Shown: in pieces, positions 60,105-64,000 of the stretch | Numbering within the stretch: position 1 is the first letter of the stretch | How the letters are laid out: each line of letters starts with the position of its first letter | From: an uncultured Spirochaetota bacterium | GTDB lineage: Bacteria; Spirochaetota; Spirochaetia; SZUA-6; Fen-1364 | Assembly (NCBI GenBank): GCA_963734545.1 | Contig: CAVTHO010000007.1 | Location: 608,001 to 672,000, forward strand | Reading direction: 5' to 3' | Length of the DNA: 64,000 nucleotides | Made by a program: the position numbers and the translations under genes | Notes under the pieces: generated by a model | The model's input: the letters and a program-made list of their open reading frames with translations, nothing else | The model's database searches: none | Told to the model about the DNA's origin: nothing

Positions 60105-61224
60105 GACAAAAGCCACACTTCTTGCGAAAGCCGCACTTCTTGCGGCCCTTGTCGTCCTTCTGGCGTGCTGCACGCAACGGCAGCAGGGCTTCCTGCTCCA
60201 TCCCGAGAGCATGGCGATTCCCGTGAACACGCCGGGCCGGTTCATGTCGCTCGCGGTGGCCGGCACGAACCTGCTGGCAGTTTTTTCCGAAAAAGAGACC
60301 ACCACGTTGAAATTCATGCAGCTCCCCCTCGGCGCCCGCCTGCCGGCTGAGGCCCCTGCTCCGACGATCGTGGACAAGGTCGATGTGTCACCGCCTCTCT
60401 TCCCTGCATTCGGTTCCCACGTGCTTGCCGCGCGCGGTGACGCAATCGACATCCTCTATCTGGATCGAGAAAGCGAGGACAGGTTCGTTCTGAAGCTCGC
60501 ATCGAAATCGCTGGAGGCGCCGCTGTGGAATCTCGACGTCCTGGAGCCCGCAGGTGAACCACTCGCGGTGCTCCCTGCTGAAAATGGAGGCGTAACCGCA
60601 TTCTGGTCGGCGGGTGGGATTCTCTCGCGCAGGCTCCCCGGTGCTTCACCTCTGTCGACATTGCGGAGCTCATTTCAACCCGCCGGGCAGGCAAGCGTCT
60701 TTGCACCTGACGGATTCACCGTGTTTGATGCTGTCTCAGGCTCCCTGATCGTGGTGCGGGGGAGCGAAGACGGCTTCATCAGCCGCGAGCTCGCGGGGGC
60801 AACTTCGGTCCATTCGTCACTCCTCGGGTCGAACGGACTGCTCGCCGTGCTGACGTGGGATGCCCTGACACGGCGCCTCTCTCTCCTGGAGCAGCAGGCG
60901 GACATGCAGAAGATCTCCCGCACCACTATTACTTTGAGCGAAGGGACGGACGCATTGGCCTTGCTGCCCGCCCCCACGCGATCGACCTACATGTTTCTCT
61001 TCGATGAGGAACGACAGATGGGCGGCATACGCGTGCAGCACCAGCTTTCGATCATCGCTCCGGGATACCTGCTGGGCGCAATCGGGGCTCGGTACAGGAA
61101 AGCCACCCTTCTCTCCGGGACAGAGCCGATAGAGGGTTTTTCCGCGGTCGAAGCGCAGGGCGCGCTCTACGTTCTCGCGCTCCAGGGGCGTCTCACGCTC
61201 CTGCGTCTCGGGCTCGGCAGATAG
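60097..61224 (+). CDS. Putative lipoprotein, beta-rich
   Basis: LVVLLAC lipobox after a basic N-terminus. Confidence 0.6.
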   Translation: MVKTKATLLAKAALLAALVVLLACCTQRQQGFLLHPESMAIPVNTPGRFMSLAVAGTNLLAVFSEKETTTLKFMQLPLGARLPAEAPAPTIVDKVDVSPPLFPAFGSHVLAARGDAIDILYLDRESEDRFVLKLASKSLEAPLWNLDVLEPAGEPLAVLPAENGGVTAFWSAGGILSRRLPGASPLSTLRSSFQPAGQASVFAPDGFTVFDAVSGSLIVVRGSEDGFISRELAGATSVHSSLLGSNGLLAVLTWDALTRRLSLLEQQADMQKISRTTITLSEGTDALALLPAPTRSTYMFLFDEERQMGGIRVQHQLSIIAPGYLLGAIGARYRKATLLSGTEPIEGFSAVEAQGALYVLALQGRLTLLRLGLGR

Positions 61225-61306
61225 GCTGCGACCGCGGCCCTGCCCGCAAGGTACCGCAGCCGGCCGGCGGAATACAGCGGCCCGCGAGCGGAATACCGCA
61301 GACGGA

Positions 61307-61978
61307 CTAGTTGACGATGACTATTTTCGATCCGAGATGTTCGTACAGGAACTTCTGCGCCCATGCATGCCATGCGCTGAAATCACCGCCCTCGCGCTCC
61401 GCTGCGGGACCGGCCGCCAGGAATGCCTGCAGCTCCGCGATTCTCTCCCGCGCGCTCTCGGGAACTGCACCGGCCTTCAAGAGAGCATCAGCGGCCCGCA
61501 GCATGCCGCAGGTCTGATCGAGAGAGATACCCCGGGTTTCGGCGAGCTTGCGCAGGGCCTCGCACACCACTGTTTCCAGCACTCCCAGCGCCTTTTGCCC
61601 TTCTCCCCTTTCCGCGAACAGGAGCGCGCGGGAAAGGAACGAGTTGAAAATGTTGACGCTGAGCATGAGATCCTTGTGGTAGAAATACCCCTTCCGAATG
61701 TCGTCACGCGCCCCCTGAAGGATCCCCAGGTAGAGCAGCGTAGAATTGTAGTGGTCGAAGAACTTGAGATTGGCGAAACTGTCGTAGTGTGGACTGGACG
61801 TGCCGAAGGTTGAGCGGAGAAGGGTCAGGCAGCTCGTACGCCATGCTTCGAACGCCTGCGCATCTATCGCCTTTTTCGCGCCGGCGAAATACATCTTCTT
61901 GCACTCATCCTTGATCAGCTCGCCCTTGCTTATAAGGTCGTCGAAGAGCCCGATCACATTTTTGGGAACATCCACCAT
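61307..61978 (-). CDS. DUF4145/HEPN-like protein lacking the RxxxxH motif
   Basis: W.TS..TLL...FG..SPHY..F, LGIL..A.DD...G, LRKL....GI pattern. Confidence 0.5.
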   Translation of the reverse strand: MVDVPKNVIGLFDDLISKGELIKDECKKMYFAGAKKAIDAQAFEAWRTSCLTLLRSTFGTSSPHYDSFANLKFFDHYNSTLLYLGILQGARDDIRKGYFYHKDLMLSVNIFNSFLSRALLFAERGEGQKALGVLETVVCEALRKLAETRGISLDQTCGMLRAADALLKAGAVPESARERIAELQAFLAAGPAAEREGGDFSAWHAWAQKFLYEHLGSKIVIVN

Positions 61979-62043
61979 CGCTGTATATTAGTCTGATGAG
62001 ACCTTTGGTGTCAATGACAGGTGCAAGTGATACTATCGCATGT

Positions 62044-62526
62044 CTATAATTTCCTGTACACCTGGTCTATCTCCGGCTCTTTCACCACGAGAATCGAGCA
62101 CTTGGAATGTTTCAAAATCTCGCGGTGCTGGCGGCTGAGAGCGTCCCGAAAGCTTCCTCTCTCCTCGAAACCGCCCAGGAGAATAAGGTCAGCGCCATTC
62201 TCCTCGGCGGCTTCGACGATTTCTGTCGAGATCGCGCCACGCCGCAGCAGCTTGTCCACCGCAACGCCTTTCTTTTCGGCCAGCTCGTCCACGTAATTGA
62301 GATAACGCTGACCATTCTGCTCGAGGCTCCTCTCATATTCGGAGCTCTCATCTTCCACGAAGATCTTCGACAAGAGCAGCTCCTTGAGCGTGGCCGTGTC
62401 CACGACATACACCGCCAGGAGCTTGCAGCGGTAGAGCTTCGCCATGGCAATGCCGTACTTGGCGGCATTGATGGAAGCCTCGGACCCGCTGACCGCAACC
62501 ACGATTTTCTGCAGCAGCAACTTCAT
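62044..62526 (-). CDS. Universal stress protein
   Basis: KIVVAVSGSEAS..AA, YVVD, G....EIV..A.E..ADLI.LG, CSILVVK. Confidence 0.9.
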   Translation of the reverse strand: MKLLLQKIVVAVSGSEASINAAKYGIAMAKLYRCKLLAVYVVDTATLKELLLSKIFVEDESSEYERSLEQNGQRYLNYVDELAEKKGVAVDKLLRRGAISTEIVEAAEENGADLILLGGFEERGSFRDALSRQHREILKHSKCSILVVKEPEIDQVYRKL

Positions 62527-63153
62527 ACTCTGTCTCCCAGCAGGCGCGCTTTCAGGATCTTCTGCACGAAGAAGACCTCGCGCTCTCTCTCTTCGAGCAC
62601 GCCTTCGATGAACTTCTTTGTATCTTCGACGTCGGGGATCACGATCCGCTCGAGCGCGTTGACGCGTCGCTGCGTCTTTCGCACTTCCTTTGCCAGGCGC
62701 CACACCATTGTCCGTATTTCCGCCATTCGCGCAATCGAGCTTCAAGAGCTCGAAGAACTCGATCGTCAGCCTGTCACACGAGCTGTCCGTGCTCATGAAC
62801 GAGTACTTCAGCTCCATGTGCGGCATATCCATCTCGAGGGTCGGCAGAGGGATCCCCATCAGCTTTCCCTGCCTCTCGCGCACCGCATAGTCGAATCGTA
62901 TTCCCGCGCTCACGTCGCGAGCCGTCTCCCGCCCCATGCGTGCGAGCATGTTCTTGAGGGACCCGTAGGAGGTCGCGATCCTCTTGTCCATGTCGTGCTC
63001 GAGCAGCTTCACTTCCTCCACCATGCGCATGAGCTCCATGATCAGGATCTCACGCTTCTGCTCCAGCAGCTCGAATCCCTCCCGCGCGATGCCGAGCTGC
63101 TCCTTGACGGAGAGGAGGGACGATTTTGTCGGGGGAACATCGTAACGCGCCAT
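62523..63153 (-). CDS. V/A-type ATP synthase subunit D (frameshift near 62735)
   Basis: PTKS.L, G.ELL.QKR..L, L..EV.KT.RRVNALE..VIP. Confidence 0.92.
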
Positions 63154-63154
63154 G

Positions 63155-64000
63155 CTACTTCTTCGTGCCCCCCGCCCGCTCCTGCAGCGGCGCATCGCTG
63201 CCGGAAGGGAAATACTTGCGCAGCGTCTCCTCCCTGACCCTGTACAGCTCGGTCCGCGGCAGCGCGGTCAATATCTTCCAGCCGAGATCGAGGGTCTGGT
63301 CGATGCTCCGATTTTCACGCTCCCCCTGGGCGAGGAACTCTCTCTCGAAACGGTCCCCGAAGCTGAGGTACCCCTTGTCCAGATCGGACAGCTCTTCTTC
63401 ACCGATGACAGCCGCGAGCGACCTGATACTCTTGACCCGCGAATAGCCGGCGAAAAGCTGCGACGCGAGCTCCTTGTGGTCTTCCCGCGTCATTCCCGGG
63501 CCGATCCCGTCCTTCATGAGCCGGGAAAGCGAGGGGAGCCCGGCGACCGGTGGATAGATGCCTTTCTGGAACAGCTCCCGCTCCAGCACGATCTGCCCTT
63601 CGGTGATGTAGCCCGAGAGGTCGGGCACCGGGTGGGAGATGTCATCATTGGGCATTGTCAGCACGGGGATCTGGGTGATGGAGCCCCGTGAGCCTTCGAT
63701 CTTGCCGGCCCGTTCATACAGGGAAGCGAGGTCGGAGTACAGGTAGCCCGGATATCCCTTTCGCGAGGGGATCTCTCCGCGAATTGTGGACACCTCGCGA
63801 AGCGATTCGCAGTAGTTTGTCATGTCCGTCATGACCACGAGCACGTGCATGTCGCACTGGTAGGCAAGGTACTCCGCCGCGGTAAGAGCGCAGCGCGGCG
63901 TGATCAACCTTTCTATGGACGGATCGTCCGCGAGGGAAAGGAACATGACCACGTTGGCCAGGACCCCGCTCTCCTCGAAGGTCTGGATGAAAAACCTCGC
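63155..64000 (-). CDS. V/A-type ATP synthase subunit B (5' part outside window)
   Basis: [55 protein letters not shown]. Confidence 0.97.
   Translation of the reverse strand, partial: ARFFIQTFEESGVLANVVMFLSLADDPSIERLITPRCALTAAEYLAYQCDMHVLVVMTDMTNYCESLREVSTIRGEIPSRKGYPGYLYSDLASLYERAGKIEGSRGSITQIPVLTMPNDDISHPVPDLSGYITEGQIVLERELFQKGIYPPVAGLPSLSRLMKDGIGPGMTREDHKELASQLFAGYSRVKSIRSLAAVIGEEELSDLDKGYLSFGDRFEREFLAQGERENRSIDQTLDLGWKILTALPRTELYRVREETLRKYFPSGSDAPLQERAGGTKK

Noticed and set aside
62044-63195. Apparent V-ATPase D-Usp fusion
   Set aside because: A frameshift near 62735 explains it. The true subunit D C-terminus is in ORF 62523..62726, whose stop overlaps the Usp ATG.
1-64000. tRNA, rRNA, transposase, integrase or sigma54 -24/-12 promoter
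   Set aside because: None recognisable by eye. A tRNAscan-SE/Infernal run would be needed to exclude small RNAs.

Overview
GC-rich chromosomal window from a spirochaete (class Spirochaetia, Treponema-like, probably free-living). Lineage markers are cfpA, the ~900-aa spirochaetal GreA, a TP0733-type OMP and a pallilysin-like lipoprotein. It is mostly core genome: greA, rpe, dtd, prs, recA-folK-scpAB-rluB-cmk-rpsA, guaA/purB, nusB/map and V-ATPase B/D. Many genes at ~2.3-6.1, 12.3-20.7, 47-52 and 62.7 kb carry single-base frameshifts that look like long-read indel errors. I saw no rRNA, tRNA, CRISPR array or transposase. The most interesting element is the minus-strand cfpA operon (42525->36684), which has three genes: (1) the cytoskeletal filament protein CfpA, ending in two AT-hook-like RGRP motifs; (2) an unannotated protein whose C-terminal ~100 aa align by eye with PTS HPr, including His15 and Ser46 equivalents; (3) a PPDK homologue with intact PEP-binding and phospho-His domains but a degenerate ATP-grasp domain. 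I infer a candidate PEP-driven, Enzyme I/HPr-like phosphorelay coupled to the spirochaete cytoskeleton. Other points of note are an HExxH-less pallilysin homologue with a vWA partner, a Fe-S-less MutY, two HEPN-like genes near a palindromic operator, a dispersed hairpin repeat family and recurrent leaderless promoters. All homology calls are from recognised motifs, not database searches.
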